From the IMG/VR virus record IMGVR_UViG_3300024520_000055, positions 1 to 64,000 of that record: a stretch of DNA of 64,000 nucleotides; one strand, written 5' to 3'. The translations under genes were made by a program, and so were the position numbers. Below are positions 41,105 to 51,009 of this stretch, piece by piece (positions within the stretch are counted from its first letter, which is position 1; each line of letters begins with the position of its first letter). Source of the DNA: a virus. The notes beneath the pieces are model-generated. The model did no database searches, was not told the DNA's origin, and was given only the letters and a program-made list of their open reading frames with translations.

Positions 41105-44100
41105 ATGAGCTTAGACTTCAGTCCCGGTGTCTTCCTCTCGATCTACGGGGACATCGTTCCAGACGGCCCGCGACTTGTGCTCTCGACGCGGGTGACCTAC
41201 CCGCGCAAGATCGGAGAGCTCTTTCTGTTCAGGTTCCCGTTCACAATGCCTTCCGTGCGTCCCACTGCACAGAATGTGCAGTACTACTACAAGGATATTC
41301 TGGCACGCATTACACGCGCAGAAGAGATGCGCAGGTACCCCACCAACCAGGCCCTCACGCTACGATCGGAAACCCTGCGAGCATCCGGCTACGGGCCCGA
41401 CGGAACTACGGTTCCGGAGTGGGGTGACTTCATCCGGATCCTGATGCCTGCCCCGTTCTCCCCAGAACCTTTCGTGCCGCAACAAGCAGGTCCCAATGCA
41501 ATCCCGTATGAGTCCGACACAATGCGCGTCATGGGACAGGAGCTCGATGACGACAGCTTGCAGCGCATCTACTCAGGAAACTTCTTCCGCCGTTCGCGCG
41601 CTCCCCGAGAATGGGAACGTGGCTATCAGCGAATCGATCAGGTGTCGTTCGTAGGAGACAAGTTCGGATTTCCTGGGGGCTATTCCGTGGTCTCCCTTAT
41701 CGATCTTCGAGAGTCTGCCCAGGTGCCTCAGTGGGTTGCAGACAACCAGAAGATGGCCCTCCTCGGTACGGTTGCCATCGGTGCTCTGGGATCGGGTTTC
41801 GCAGCAAAGATGCACGCCAATACTCCTTGGCGTCTCACAACGTCAACGCAGCCCGAATTGGGGACGACATTCCACGACGGAATGGAGCCAGGGTTCCTGG
41901 AATTATATCCTCCCGACGAAGATGGATTTCCCGTCGAGGTTCGGGGGGTGCACGGCACCGCCAATGGCGGAGAGGGAGCTGACCGTTTCAGCATCAATCT
42001 CGACCTCACACGTTCAGACGGAGTGACCATTCCTGGTGGAGAGTTCTTCGAGCTCAGCGACAAAAACAATTTGCGCACCCTTCGCCTCACTTCCGGTGGG
42101 GGGATTCAGGGTGACTACACCATCATCGATGTCGACGATCAGATCGGCGCAACCGGGAAGTACCAGACGGCGGTCCTCGATGTCCCCTCCCCCGACAGCG
42201 GGGCATGCGACACAATCGTTGCGTCCAACCAGATCAATAACTTGTCAGGCACCATCGGAAACATCAGTGTTGGGAACACGATCACAGTCACTTCAGGTGC
42301 GGACGCAGGGTCCTACCGCGTTATCGCAGTGGGAGTTTCAACAGTCTACGTCGAAGAGTTGAATGGAATTGCTACGTCGTTTGCGACGGGTTCTGTGGGA
42401 CAAACCTACATCGTGCACGACGGAGGCCTCGACCAAAATGTCCCCTCGGTTTCCTGGGAAGTCCTTGCAGCAGATGGAGAGGTCCTCGAAGAGCTTCTTG
42501 TCAATCCGGAAAGCACGCTGACCGTATGCCGCTACATCTCGGACGCGGAGGTGTGGGTGAACGGCTTCGTGCCTCTTTCACCGTGGCGGGGAGAACTGCG
42601 TGCCATTTGGGTGGCACGTGCCTGGGTCCAAACCAACCCCACCTACAACCAACTCTCCGAAATCGACGCAACGCGCAAGAACGTCATCGAACTCGAAAAC
42701 GATCGCACCAAGACCATGTTCTTCCGCGAGTCGATGCTGGCCAGGTCAATCTTCGTCGAAGGCCCCGACTCAGAAGTAGGCGACCCAGCTCCCCTTTCTG
42801 ACTCAGCCAACGGGAGGTACCGGTTCTCGGGGTTCCAGGGAGAGGCGTCAGGCGTAGATTACTCCGGTGCCGAGGGGACGATTCAGGATACGAATCTCTA
42901 CGAGTACACGAGCCAGACAGAAAACTTTCAACAGTCGGACATCGGGACGAAGCTCACCATCCTCGGGACGGAGTACTACATCGCTGATTTTCTCTTCCTC
43001 GGAGGGCACGGGCAGGTCGCATTCATGACCAATCTGGATGGGAGTCTTCCCTCTTTCAGCTCAACCGGCGCGACCCCGTCGGCGCACACCGTCGAAGACC
43101 GTTACTACGAGGCCACACTCGAAGTTGACTTCTCCCAGAAGGTCATCAACAACCTGGGCGATCCAGACGTACTGACCGATGTCCCTTGGCGCTTCATTCC
43201 CACTGTTCCCGTCGAGTGGACTATTCATGCTCCACTTTTCGACTGGAATGCTCGTGCGATCCCAACAAGCCTAGGCGGTCTGGAGGACGGAAATCCGAAC
43301 CTTATCCCCATCGACCCCGACACGGAGGCACATCTTCTGCAAGAAGTTCCCATCATCGAGGGCAACTACTACGCGGTGGATTTCCAAATCGACGTCGAGT
43401 CTTTTTCCGAGGAGGACTTCACCAACACGGGACGCTTCCGGATAGTAGCCCCCCCGAACGGACAGCTCCTGCCAGGGACATTTCGTGACGCACACGCGAT
43501 CATCTGTCGGGGCGATCCGAATGCGCCACAGATCGTCTACGCCTACCCGGTGAACTACGATGACCCGGCATGGCAGAACAATGCGTATTCACAAGGAACC
43601 CTGGGGCAAATCGGCCTCAGTGGCAGCGTCTACGTTTTCACTAAGGACAACGGGACACAGCCAGACTTCGTGGCGGGCATGGAGGATGACTTCATCTTGC
43701 AAATTCGCACGGAGGGGCCCGCCAAGGGCATCTTCACCATTGACAACGTGTCCACGCCTCCCGACACCATCGACCTTCTCACGCTCAATGGGGAAACGTT
43801 GAATCTGTCCGGTCAGATCTGGACAGAGTTGGAGTGGGCGCTCTTCCCAGTAACCGACCCAGTGTCTGGGATCATCTCACAATCCGTCCGGTGCAGCGAC
43901 CTCCGCTGCGTGCGCCAACCTGAACCTACAGCGCCCGGCTACGTTGGGGATACCTACTTCCGTCAGGACTTCTACATTGACATCTTCCCCAGCGTCGAGG
44001 AAGCCATCAACGCTCGTGAGGCCATCAAGCGGGAGATCTCCGCACTGATGACCTCCTTCGGCGGAGAACTATCCGAGTTCGTCGTCGTCCAGGTCGAGGC

Positions 44101-44149
44101 CTACGGCCAGGTTGGAGAGGGCCTCCAGGAAGCCTTCTTCACTCCGTGA
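41105..44149 (+). CDS. Large putative virion protein
   Basis: About 1014 aa, acidic and beta-rich like the tail proteins. Confidence 0.55.
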   Translation: MSLDFSPGVFLSIYGDIVPDGPRLVLSTRVTYPRKIGELFLFRFPFTMPSVRPTAQNVQYYYKDILARITRAEEMRRYPTNQALTLRSETLRASGYGPDGTTVPEWGDFIRILMPAPFSPEPFVPQQAGPNAIPYESDTMRVMGQELDDDSLQRIYSGNFFRRSRAPREWERGYQRIDQVSFVGDKFGFPGGYSVVSLIDLRESAQVPQWVADNQKMALLGTVAIGALGSGFAAKMHANTPWRLTTSTQPELGTTFHDGMEPGFLELYPPDEDGFPVEVRGVHGTANGGEGADRFSINLDLTRSDGVTIPGGEFFELSDKNNLRTLRLTSGGGIQGDYTIIDVDDQIGATGKYQTAVLDVPSPDSGACDTIVASNQINNLSGTIGNISVGNTITVTSGADAGSYRVIAVGVSTVYVEELNGIATSFATGSVGQTYIVHDGGLDQNVPSVSWEVLAADGEVLEELLVNPESTLTVCRYISDAEVWVNGFVPLSPWRGELRAIWVARAWVQTNPTYNQLSEIDATRKNVIELENDRTKTMFFRESMLARSIFVEGPDSEVGDPAPLSDSANGRYRFSGFQGEASGVDYSGAEGTIQDTNLYEYTSQTENFQQSDIGTKLTILGTEYYIADFLFLGGHGQVAFMTNLDGSLPSFSSTGATPSAHTVEDRYYEATLEVDFSQKVINNLGDPDVLTDVPWRFIPTVPVEWTIHAPLFDWNARAIPTSLGGLEDGNPNLIPIDPDTEAHLLQEVPIIEGNYYAVDFQIDVESFSEEDFTNTGRFRIVAPPNGQLLPGTFRDAHAIICRGDPNAPQIVYAYPVNYDDPAWQNNAYSQGTLGQIGLSGSVYVFTKDNGTQPDFVAGMEDDFILQIRTEGPAKGIFTIDNVSTPPDTIDLLTLNGETLNLSGQIWTELEWALFPVTDPVSGIISQSVRCSDLRCVRQPEPTAPGYVGDTYFRQDFYIDIFPSVEEAINAREAIKREISALMTSFGGELSEFVVVQVEAYGQVGEGLQEAFFTP

Positions 44150-44157
44150 GGTAGAGC

Positions 44158-44517
44158 ATGAGAGTTCGCATCATCTACACCCTGACCAAGACGCTCCTGG
44201 CGGACGGGACCTACAGGGTCGCTGTCCAGGTGGACTCGACCGAGGGCATTACACCCAAGATCTTCGTCCACCGGGACGGCGTGTTCGTCTCCACCGCACG
44301 GCCGGTTGACATCGAGCTCTATCCCGAAGACGCCCCCGAACAAGAGGGGGGCCTCTATCGCCGGGCGACAGGCGAAGTCATCGTGGACGATGTGTCCTCG
44401 GCCCTCTCGTCGGCCAGCGCAATAGGAGAACGCATCGACGCACTGGCCGAGCAGTACCAGGCGCAGGCAGGCGACTACGATGGTACGGAGCAGGTAGAGG
44501 TCGAGTATGGCAACTGA
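44158..44517 (+). CDS. Hypothetical protein
   Basis: 119 aa with GAGG RBS. Confidence 0.6.
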   Translation: MRVRIIYTLTKTLLADGTYRVAVQVDSTEGITPKIFVHRDGVFVSTARPVDIELYPEDAPEQEGGLYRRATGEVIVDDVSSALSSASAIGERIDALAEQYQAQAGDYDGTEQVEVEYGN

Positions 44518-45466
44518 AGAAGCGCGCCTTGTTCAGGACCGCAGCTCACAAATCGCGGCAGATGGGTCCCCCATTTACCAGATCATCAACACCCTGACAC
44601 ACAACGGTCCGCTGCCTGACCACGGTGTCTTCGTGTTCCTGATCGTCGACGAGGCAGATCCTTCCCAGGATACGTTCTTCCGCATTGCCGAGGTGCCCGA
44701 CCTGTCGGCATTCCTGTTCGGCCGCGACAATGCCCTCGCTGTGGGCGGCTCCTACTACAGGATCTCCAGCCTGACCGCGACCTCGTCGAGTTTCTCCGAG
44801 GCAGATGCTCTGGCAACCACGATCAAGGAGCGCGTTGACACACTGGTCGTGAGCTGGACCGCGGCATCCGAGGATTGGCTGGGCTCCGAGGCATACCTTC
44901 TTCCCACGGGAGACCCGACCCGAGAAGATACTTACAGGGACGCGTACACGGTGGCCTACAGCGCATACGTGTCGGCACTCATCTCGCGAGATGAGATCCA
45001 GGAAGACCTCGACGCCAAGAAGGCAGAGATCGAGCGCTACCGCACCCTGGCGGTCCTCGTGGAAGACATCAAGACGCGGATGGACTTCATCCTGAAAGCA
45101 GAGACCACCTACTCAACGCGGGTCTCCAGCGTGAGTTCGGCTGACTGCACGGTCCTCTCGACCATCCAGGCCTACTACATCCCCTTGGAGGAATCGATCA
45201 CGGGAGCACGCACTCCGGTTGATGAGGCGGCGCAAATCGCCGACACCGAGCAGACCACGCTCGAAGATGACCTGGCAACGCTTCTTGAGTCCTACACGAG
45301 CGCACAGAACAACGTCGAGAACACCAAGAGAACCTCGGATGCTGCCGAGGAAGCACTGGTCACCTTCTGCCCCAACATCGATGTGGTCGAGATCCAGAAC
45401 GAGGCCATCCAGGCGGTAGCGGTGGCCAGCACCCCCACCGTTTCCACGCTCGAAGTATCCTCGTAG
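44507..45466 (+). CDS. Hypothetical protein with coiled-coil C-terminus
   Basis: 319-aa coupled ORF. Confidence 0.6.
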   Translation: MATEEARLVQDRSSQIAADGSPIYQIINTLTHNGPLPDHGVFVFLIVDEADPSQDTFFRIAEVPDLSAFLFGRDNALAVGGSYYRISSLTATSSSFSEADALATTIKERVDTLVVSWTAASEDWLGSEAYLLPTGDPTREDTYRDAYTVAYSAYVSALISRDEIQEDLDAKKAEIERYRTLAVLVEDIKTRMDFILKAETTYSTRVSSVSSADCTVLSTIQAYYIPLEESITGARTPVDEAAQIADTEQTTLEDDLATLLESYTSAQNNVENTKRTSDAAEEALVTFCPNIDVVEIQNEAIQAVAVASTPTVSTLEVSS

Positions 45467-45468
45467 GC

Positions 45469-45499
45469 AAAAAAGGGGACCGACACGAAGTCGGCCCCC
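45469..45499 (-). terminator. Intrinsic terminator ending the RT operon
   Basis: Minus strand GGGGCCGAC-TTCGT-GTCGGTCCCC-TTTTTT. Confidence 0.85.
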
Positions 45500-45521
45500 G
45501 GGCATTCACTGTCACCGCCTA

Positions 45522-45638
45522 TCAGACGGCGGCCAGCAATGGTCGTGCTCGGACTAGCAGGGACAGAAGGGTCACCAGCTTCGCCGCAGCGAAAGCCAGC
45601 TTGACTCCTGCCCAGAGTCCCCGCAGGAACTGGAACAT
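45522..45638 (-). CDS. 38-aa hydrophobic peptide
   Basis: AAAGGAG RBS, then MFQFLRGLWAGVKLAFAAAKLVTLLSLLVRARPLLAAV. Below the ORF track size cutoff. Confidence 0.6.
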   Translation of the reverse strand: MFQFLRGLWAGVKLAFAAAKLVTLLSLLVRARPLLAAV

Positions 45639-45671
45639 GCGCACTCCTTTCAATAGCAGCGCGGCACTTCC

Positions 45672-46763
45672 TTACTGACTTGCTTCCTGGACCGCAGCCT
45701 CGACGGGAGATACCTCCACGTCTGCATACACCCCAGCCGCCCAGGCCACGACAGCCTCGTGCAGCTTCTCTTGCAGGGGTGCAATCTTCTCCGGTGACAC
45801 CTGCGCCCAATAGCGGAGCTTACCCTCCAGCACAGTGAGCAGATGCTCGGCATCACGGCACTTGGCTCTTGCGAACTGGCTGTCCGGCCCGAGGGTCAGA
45901 CAGTTGGTGACGATCGCTCGCAGACGCCGATAAACATCAGACGGGATATTGGGATGCTCCGCGGTGGAGATGCCCAACACCCGTTGCGGTTTGCCCGGGC
46001 GCTGGAAGCGCGTCTTCTTGGCGTTGATGCGATAGCCCGCCTTCTTGTACCTCTTTCGAACCAGCCTTTCCATTGCGTCGGCGTCTTCACGCGAGATGTC
46101 GTGCGGCGTCGAGAGGTAGACGTTGTCCGAATACCTGGAGTACGTCCACTCACCTTCAGAGAACTCATCGCGCAGCGTCTTCAGAAGAGGTTGGTCGATC
46201 TTCCAATCCACCACCGCGTTGCACACCGCACCCGAGGCCGGGGAGCCCTGGGGGACGATGTAGCGACTGCCCCAGGAGAACGTGTGTGGGACGGTAACGA
46301 GGCTGGAAAGCAGGGACGCCACGTCCGACGAGTATCCCAGGTAATCACGGAACATGTCCTTGACGGGCCCCTGCCGCGTCGAGGTGAAGAAGTCCTTGAT
46401 GTCCAGGTGCAGAATGAGCTTCTTCTTGACGTGATCAGGCGGCGTTTCCAGCACACCCCGACCAGGAACGTAGGCAGCAACGTGCGTCCCGAACGGGATC
46501 GGTTTCAGGAAGCGCGCATAGAGCACTTTCTGAATGCGTTTGAGACGCATGTCCGGGGCGTGGATCAGGCGCTTCCCTCCCGAGAACTTCGGGATGGTGA
46601 AGACCTTGTAGAGCTTGCCGCGATCGACAATCAGCCACCACATGGTCTTTGCCTTGATCCCCAGTGCGCAGGACAGGTCGAAGTCATTGAGGATCGGGGG
46701 CAACCCGAACGCGGGGGCTTTGGGGAGGAAGAATCCTTCGACGCTTGTATTGCGGAATGGCAT
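45672..46763 (-). CDS. Retron-like reverse transcriptase (YSDN variant)
   Basis: YKVFTIPK..GGKRLIHAP..LKRIQ, AAYVPGRG, LDIKDFF, PQGSPASGAVCN, YSRYSDN, INAKKTR, RVLG; 363 aa with no maturase or endonuclease domain. Confidence 0.88.
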   Translation of the reverse strand: MPFRNTSVEGFFLPKAPAFGLPPILNDFDLSCALGIKAKTMWWLIVDRGKLYKVFTIPKFSGGKRLIHAPDMRLKRIQKVLYARFLKPIPFGTHVAAYVPGRGVLETPPDHVKKKLILHLDIKDFFTSTRQGPVKDMFRDYLGYSSDVASLLSSLVTVPHTFSWGSRYIVPQGSPASGAVCNAVVDWKIDQPLLKTLRDEFSEGEWTYSRYSDNVYLSTPHDISREDADAMERLVRKRYKKAGYRINAKKTRFQRPGKPQRVLGISTAEHPNIPSDVYRRLRAIVTNCLTLGPDSQFARAKCRDAEHLLTVLEGKLRYWAQVSPEKIAPLQEKLHEAVVAWAAGVYADVEVSPVEAAVQEASQ

Positions 46764-47563
46764 TAGATGTCCTCCACGTTGACGATCTTGCGCTCGCCCC
46801 CGCCTGTCTCGATAACGATTTCACCGAGGTCTTCCAGGTCTTCCGTCCCCGCCTCTTTCTGCCGTGCGGCTGCGTCTGCCTCGAATTCGTCGGCACCCTT
46901 CTTGTAGTCACCGTCGGTATCCGGCTTCGTGCAGAGGAACTCGTAGCAGTCGATGTCCCCAAAGACGCACTGCTTCATCAGACGTTGGAGCTGTCGAGGA
47001 CAGATGGAACACGGAGACCCAATGGGTCCTTCCAACTGACCAAGCAGGAAAACATCTTCAGTCAGGTCGGCGTAGCGCGGCGCGTCCTTGTCATTTGAGA
47101 TCTTGCGGTCGCTACTGTTGGACCAGAAGCGACTGACCAGATACTGAAGGACACCCCGGTTCTTCTGAACGCGAGGACGATACTCGGTAGGCTCGTCGTC
47201 CACCCGGTCCTGGGACTTCCGCTGCTCCTTCATCCAGAAGCTCGTATCCCAGGTGGAGTTTGGGCGGTTACGAACGGCGATGGGGACCATGATCATCCAT
47301 GGGCCGTTCTTCTGCATGTAGGCACAGATGGCAGCGAACTCTTCCTTGATCCCCGAGAGGGCAGTGAGCATTACTTGGGCGTTTCGGCATGAGGCACTGA
47401 GGCACAAGGCGTATCGCCAGTACCTCATCATGTCGTCACGGAGGTCTTCCGGAACAACATAGAAACGTTCGAACGGGATCTTGTGGACGTGCTTGCGCCC
47501 AACCTTGATCTCCGCTACGCCCCCACGATGGAGGGCGTCCAGGGCGGTTAGTGCCTTACTCAT
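46763..47563 (-). CDS. Hypothetical protein with Cys cluster, translationally coupled to the RT
   Basis: TAATG overlap with the RT start; CSIC...C...C...C; acidic tail. Confidence 0.7.
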   Translation of the reverse strand: MSKALTALDALHRGGVAEIKVGRKHVHKIPFERFYVVPEDLRDDMMRYWRYALCLSASCRNAQVMLTALSGIKEEFAAICAYMQKNGPWMIMVPIAVRNRPNSTWDTSFWMKEQRKSQDRVDDEPTEYRPRVQKNRGVLQYLVSRFWSNSSDRKISNDKDAPRYADLTEDVFLLGQLEGPIGSPCSICPRQLQRLMKQCVFGDIDCYEFLCTKPDTDGDYKKGADEFEADAAARQKEAGTEDLEDLGEIVIETGGGERKIVNVEDI

Positions 47564-49143
47564 CAGATGTACTTCCCCATGTGCAAAACGGTCCCGGGGA
47601 GTCCGGGATCACTTCCGTTAGGTGAAATGAGCCAGAACAACGGGACCTCTAGCGGGTTGGTGGGCACAGAAGCCCCTCCGTCTGTATAGTACACGACCAC
47701 ATCGGGTTTGAGCTCGACAGCCTTCCGCAGTGCCGGGAGGAATGCCGTCCCGCCGCGTCCGTGGATGCGGAAAGAGTCGGTAAACTGGGGTTCGATCTTG
47801 TCGTCTTTTACCAGGTAAACTCCGTCCTCGCGCACGTCCGCATCGCACTCGATGACCCAAAGCTGCACGTCAATGTCGTGGCGCTTGCACAATGCGATGA
47901 TCTCGGCGATGGCCTCCTCGAGTTCGGGCGTCGACATTGACCCGCTCGTGTCAATGATGAACACGAGCTTGTATCGAAGCGCGCGCTCCGTGCCCGGGTA
48001 GGGCAAGATCCGATACCGCCAGAACATAGGCCACCTGCGAACCTTGGGACGGATCATCGACTCGTTGATCTTGTTGCTCATCATCGAGCTGATGGCGGGG
48101 GACAGGATATCCTGCCACGGCACTCTCGTGTCGCGGAGCCAGATCTCGAGGTCCTCCTCCATGCCGCCCATCCCGGATCCGCACGCCCGGAGGTGGTCCT
48201 TGACGGCCCTTCGGAAGAGCTTCCGCATCTGTCGCCGTATTTCGTGGGCTGCGCCTTCCCTCTCGCCTCCCGTCATTGCCCCCGCGTCGTCAACGAAGAA
48301 GTGATACGAGAGGACGTACTTCCGCATACGGAAAGCAAGGTCGCGGTAGACCTGGGGGACGCCGTCGGGGATTTTCTCTCCGTCTTGTGTCAGGAACTCT
48401 ACCTTGTCCGGGGGCGCACCCTTTTGTGGGGTGCTCATGTTCACGGTGCCGATCAAAGGAGTGATGTTGGGCGGTGCGATGCCTCCCTCGGGCGGTTCTG
48501 CGGACCAGTCCACAGGACCCCCAAAGCGCTTCAGCAACTTCTCTGCGATTTGCTCGTCGAGAAGCATCTCCTGGTAGTACTCGTAGTCCTTCAGGTCGTC
48601 GAGGTCGGCATGCTCCGGGAGCACTGTCTCGATTCGGTGCGCACCAGTTCCCAGAATTCCGTCCGCTGACAGGAAGCCCTTACTACGCAAATACGAATTG
48701 TCGGCCATGTCCATGGCCAGGTTGGCGGTCAGATTGAAAATGTAGCGCATAGAATCGTCGATCGCGGCCATCTTGCGCATGTCCAGGAACCGGGGGATGT
48801 GGTCGTGCAGCAGGTGGACGAACTCGTGGTGCACCACGAAGAGGACTTCGGAGAGCGTGAGGTGCGCGAGTCTCTCGGGGTCGAGAAGAAGGCACACACG
48901 GCTCTCCTGCACCGCAATCGCGCCTGCGTACCCGAGACCGGGCACCATTCTCTTGTTGATCTGACTGAGCACCCGAGCGACGAAGCTGCGTGCTGCGTCC
49001 ACGTGGCTCTGCACGAAGAAGCCGAGGATGTCATCCAGCCCATACCGATCCCCAATGGGATCGTCGGGATTTATCCCCCGGCCCAGTGTGGGGTCGAAGA
49101 CTTGCTGCTTGGCACCAGTATTTGCTACCATGGTGTCTGCCAT
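47563..49143 (-). CDS. DUF2201-type metallopeptidase + VWA domain protein
   Basis: HEFVH, NLAMDMADN, IDTSGSMS MIDAS motif, GRGGT, YYTDG. Start near 49143 inferred. Confidence 0.85.
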   Translation of the reverse strand: MADTMVANTGAKQQVFDPTLGRGINPDDPIGDRYGLDDILGFFVQSHVDAARSFVARVLSQINKRMVPGLGYAGAIAVQESRVCLLLDPERLAHLTLSEVLFVVHHEFVHLLHDHIPRFLDMRKMAAIDDSMRYIFNLTANLAMDMADNSYLRSKGFLSADGILGTGAHRIETVLPEHADLDDLKDYEYYQEMLLDEQIAEKLLKRFGGPVDWSAEPPEGGIAPPNITPLIGTVNMSTPQKGAPPDKVEFLTQDGEKIPDGVPQVYRDLAFRMRKYVLSYHFFVDDAGAMTGGEREGAAHEIRRQMRKLFRRAVKDHLRACGSGMGGMEEDLEIWLRDTRVPWQDILSPAISSMMSNKINESMIRPKVRRWPMFWRYRILPYPGTERALRYKLVFIIDTSGSMSTPELEEAIAEIIALCKRHDIDVQLWVIECDADVREDGVYLVKDDKIEPQFTDSFRIHGRGGTAFLPALRKAVELKPDVVVYYTDGGASVPTNPLEVPLFWLISPNGSDPGLPGTVLHMGKYI

Positions 49144-49158
49144 TGCAGGAGGACTGAC

Positions 49159-50160
49159 ATGATCGTCCATGACCAGTTTCACGATCCTTCCTTCCGGGTT
49201 CTGAAGCGCCTCGCGCAAGAGTACCCGGATGCAGTTGGGTTTACCAAAACGGCCGAGGTGGACACCACCAATGGCGGAGACCTCCCCGACCGGGCATTCG
49301 CGTGGCCCGAGGAGCGCCGCTATCCAATTCACACCAAGGAGCACGCAGCACTGTCGGTCCTGTACCGGACCAAGTGTGCTTCCGTCCCGAGCCACGTTGA
49401 GGAGAACCTCAAGAAGGCGCAGGACATCTACGATCTCGACGCGATGCCGATGGAGAAGGTGGCCGCGGCTCCAAGGGACGACTCGGAGGAATACCTGATC
49501 CCGAGCCTCAAGAGGTTCAGGGTCAAGACCGCGGCCGAAGTTCTGCCTGCGGCATACGCGCTTCAGCGCCATTACCGCAAGATGGACATCCCGACACGGG
49601 CCCTCGCCTGCACCCGCCTGCTCAAGATCGCACAGGCGAATGGCATCGAGCTTCCCCCCACCCTCCAGAAGATGGCGGGGGTCACCGTCTCTTCCGCGCC
49701 GCGCCTCCTCGAAGCGCTGGAGGTTCGGAAAGAAGCGTCGGCACAGAATCCCATCGTCCAAGCCGGGTTCCAGAAGATGGCGGCGCTCGTGGCTTCGTTG
49801 CCTCCCGACGAATTCCAGAACCCAGAGGTCCTGCGAAAGATCGCGGGGGGCCTGACCGAACTGGACGGGCGCGCAGGGCTGGCACAGCACTACGACAAGA
49901 CGATCCCCGACCCGCTCCAGTCGGTGTACAACACCGAGAAGACCGCAGAGCCCATGCTCCCTCTGGCTGGACACCAGGTGCCCGTGACGCGCCTGATGGG
50001 CATCGACAAGGAGGCCTACGCCGATGCGTTCGGCCCCGACTTCGTGGGAGAGGTCTTCAAGGAAGCAGAAGCTGACCCGAGCGCACTGGCCCAGGTTCTC
50101 CCCACGATGCCTCGCGACCTCCAGTCCGTTCTCTACCGCAACGTCTTCGGTGTTCGTTAG
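49159..50160 (+). CDS. Putative head-associated protein
   Basis: GGAGG RBS; FAWPEERRYPIHTKEHAALS and a related second repeat; recurring KxA motifs. Confidence 0.6.
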   Translation: MIVHDQFHDPSFRVLKRLAQEYPDAVGFTKTAEVDTTNGGDLPDRAFAWPEERRYPIHTKEHAALSVLYRTKCASVPSHVEENLKKAQDIYDLDAMPMEKVAAAPRDDSEEYLIPSLKRFRVKTAAEVLPAAYALQRHYRKMDIPTRALACTRLLKIAQANGIELPPTLQKMAGVTVSSAPRLLEALEVRKEASAQNPIVQAGFQKMAALVASLPPDEFQNPEVLRKIAGGLTELDGRAGLAQHYDKTIPDPLQSVYNTEKTAEPMLPLAGHQVPVTRLMGIDKEAYADAFGPDFVGEVFKEAEADPSALAQVLPTMPRDLQSVLYRNVFGVR

Positions 50161-50381
50161 TCCTGCTTTCTAAGCGCTTTTCACCTTGAACGGGCCTGGA
50201 GCCTGCTTTCTTAGAGAGGCCATGATCGTAGTGGCGTAGCCAAGCGCAGCGCCTACGATCATGGATTCCTGTCCCGCTTTCTCGGGGTCCACTCCTCCGC
50301 CGACGGCTACGTCGACGGCTGCCTCGTAGAGGGAAGGCATTGCCAACGTATCGCTGGCTACCACTAAGGTACAAAGCAGGA
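50161..50381 (-). ncRNA. Retron-like ncRNA A (one msr, three msd/3' arms)
   Basis: On +: 17-nt hairpin 50342-50358, small hairpin, C50372, arm AAAGCAGGA 50373-50381. Complementary arms + CT at 50161, 50202, 50272. Confidence 0.75.
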
Positions 50382-50390
50382 AAAGGAAAA

Positions 50391-50742
50391 CCTGTTTTCT
50401 TGGAGACCCGCGAGGCAAGAGGCGCAGCCTGTGCCGTGTCGGGGTATTTGGCCGTTGCTTTCTAGGGAGGCGTGTTATTCCCAGAGACGACGCAGGAGGG
50501 TCGGGAATGACACGTTCTTGGACCTTGCTTTCTACGGGGCTTGGGATCCGCAGTGCTGTGTGGACCGAAGGGAACTCACAGCGGCGAGGATCCGAGCCTC
50601 TGGCGCGTTGCTTTCTGCGAGGTGATACGGGACGTACGGACTCCTGTCCCGCCTGCTTTCTCAGGGGCCTCCCAGTCGGCGACAAGGTGTCGAGAGTCAA
50701 TGCTCGCGTATCGCGAGCTACCCGTCAGGGTACAAAGCAAGC
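50391..50742 (-). ncRNA. Retron-like ncRNA B (one msr, 4-5 msd/3' arms)
   Basis: Hairpin GCTCGCGTATCGCGAGC 50702-50718, C50733, arm AAAGCAAGC. TGCTTT-CT copies near 50455, 50524, 50608, 50651; degenerate copy at 50391. Confidence 0.75.
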
Positions 50743-50751
50743 GAATATGGA

Positions 50752-50864
50752 AACGTCTCCTTAGGGAGGGTCCGCCGAGGCGGCCAGCCCCAGTTCGAGC
50801 TGAGTACGTAGTCTCAGGGTACTGCGTCCGCGTAACGCGGACTTCCCAAACGGGACGAGACGTT
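50752..50864 (-). ncRNA. Retron-like ncRNA C
   Basis: AACGTCTC-CT ... GTCCGCGTAACGCGGAC ... C-GAGACGTT (perfect 8-bp inverted repeat). Confidence 0.8.
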
Positions 50865-50875
50865 GAAAACTGGAG

Positions 50876-51001
50876 TCCACTTCCTCAGGGTTAGTGCTCG
50901 AGCTCGTCGACACGGTCTCGAGGAGTACAGCTCCTCAGACCGGAACGAAGTCCCGAACTCTGTGTTGGCGTATCACCAACTGCCAAGTGGCACGAAGTGG
51001 A
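50876..51001 (-). ncRNA. Retron-like ncRNA D
   Basis: TCCACTTC-CT ... GTTGGCGTATCACCAAC ... C-GAAGTGGA. Confidence 0.8.
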
Positions 51002-51009
51002 AAAGCGAT

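Noticed and set aside
45672-46763. DGR or group II intron RT
   Set aside because: No TR/VR pair, Avd gene, maturase/endonuclease domain or intron domain V was seen, and the motifs are retron-like.
49144-49974. N-terminal extension of the 803-aa VWA ORF
   Set aside because: It is antisense to the plus-strand gene 49159-50160, which has a good RBS. The true start is likely near 49143.
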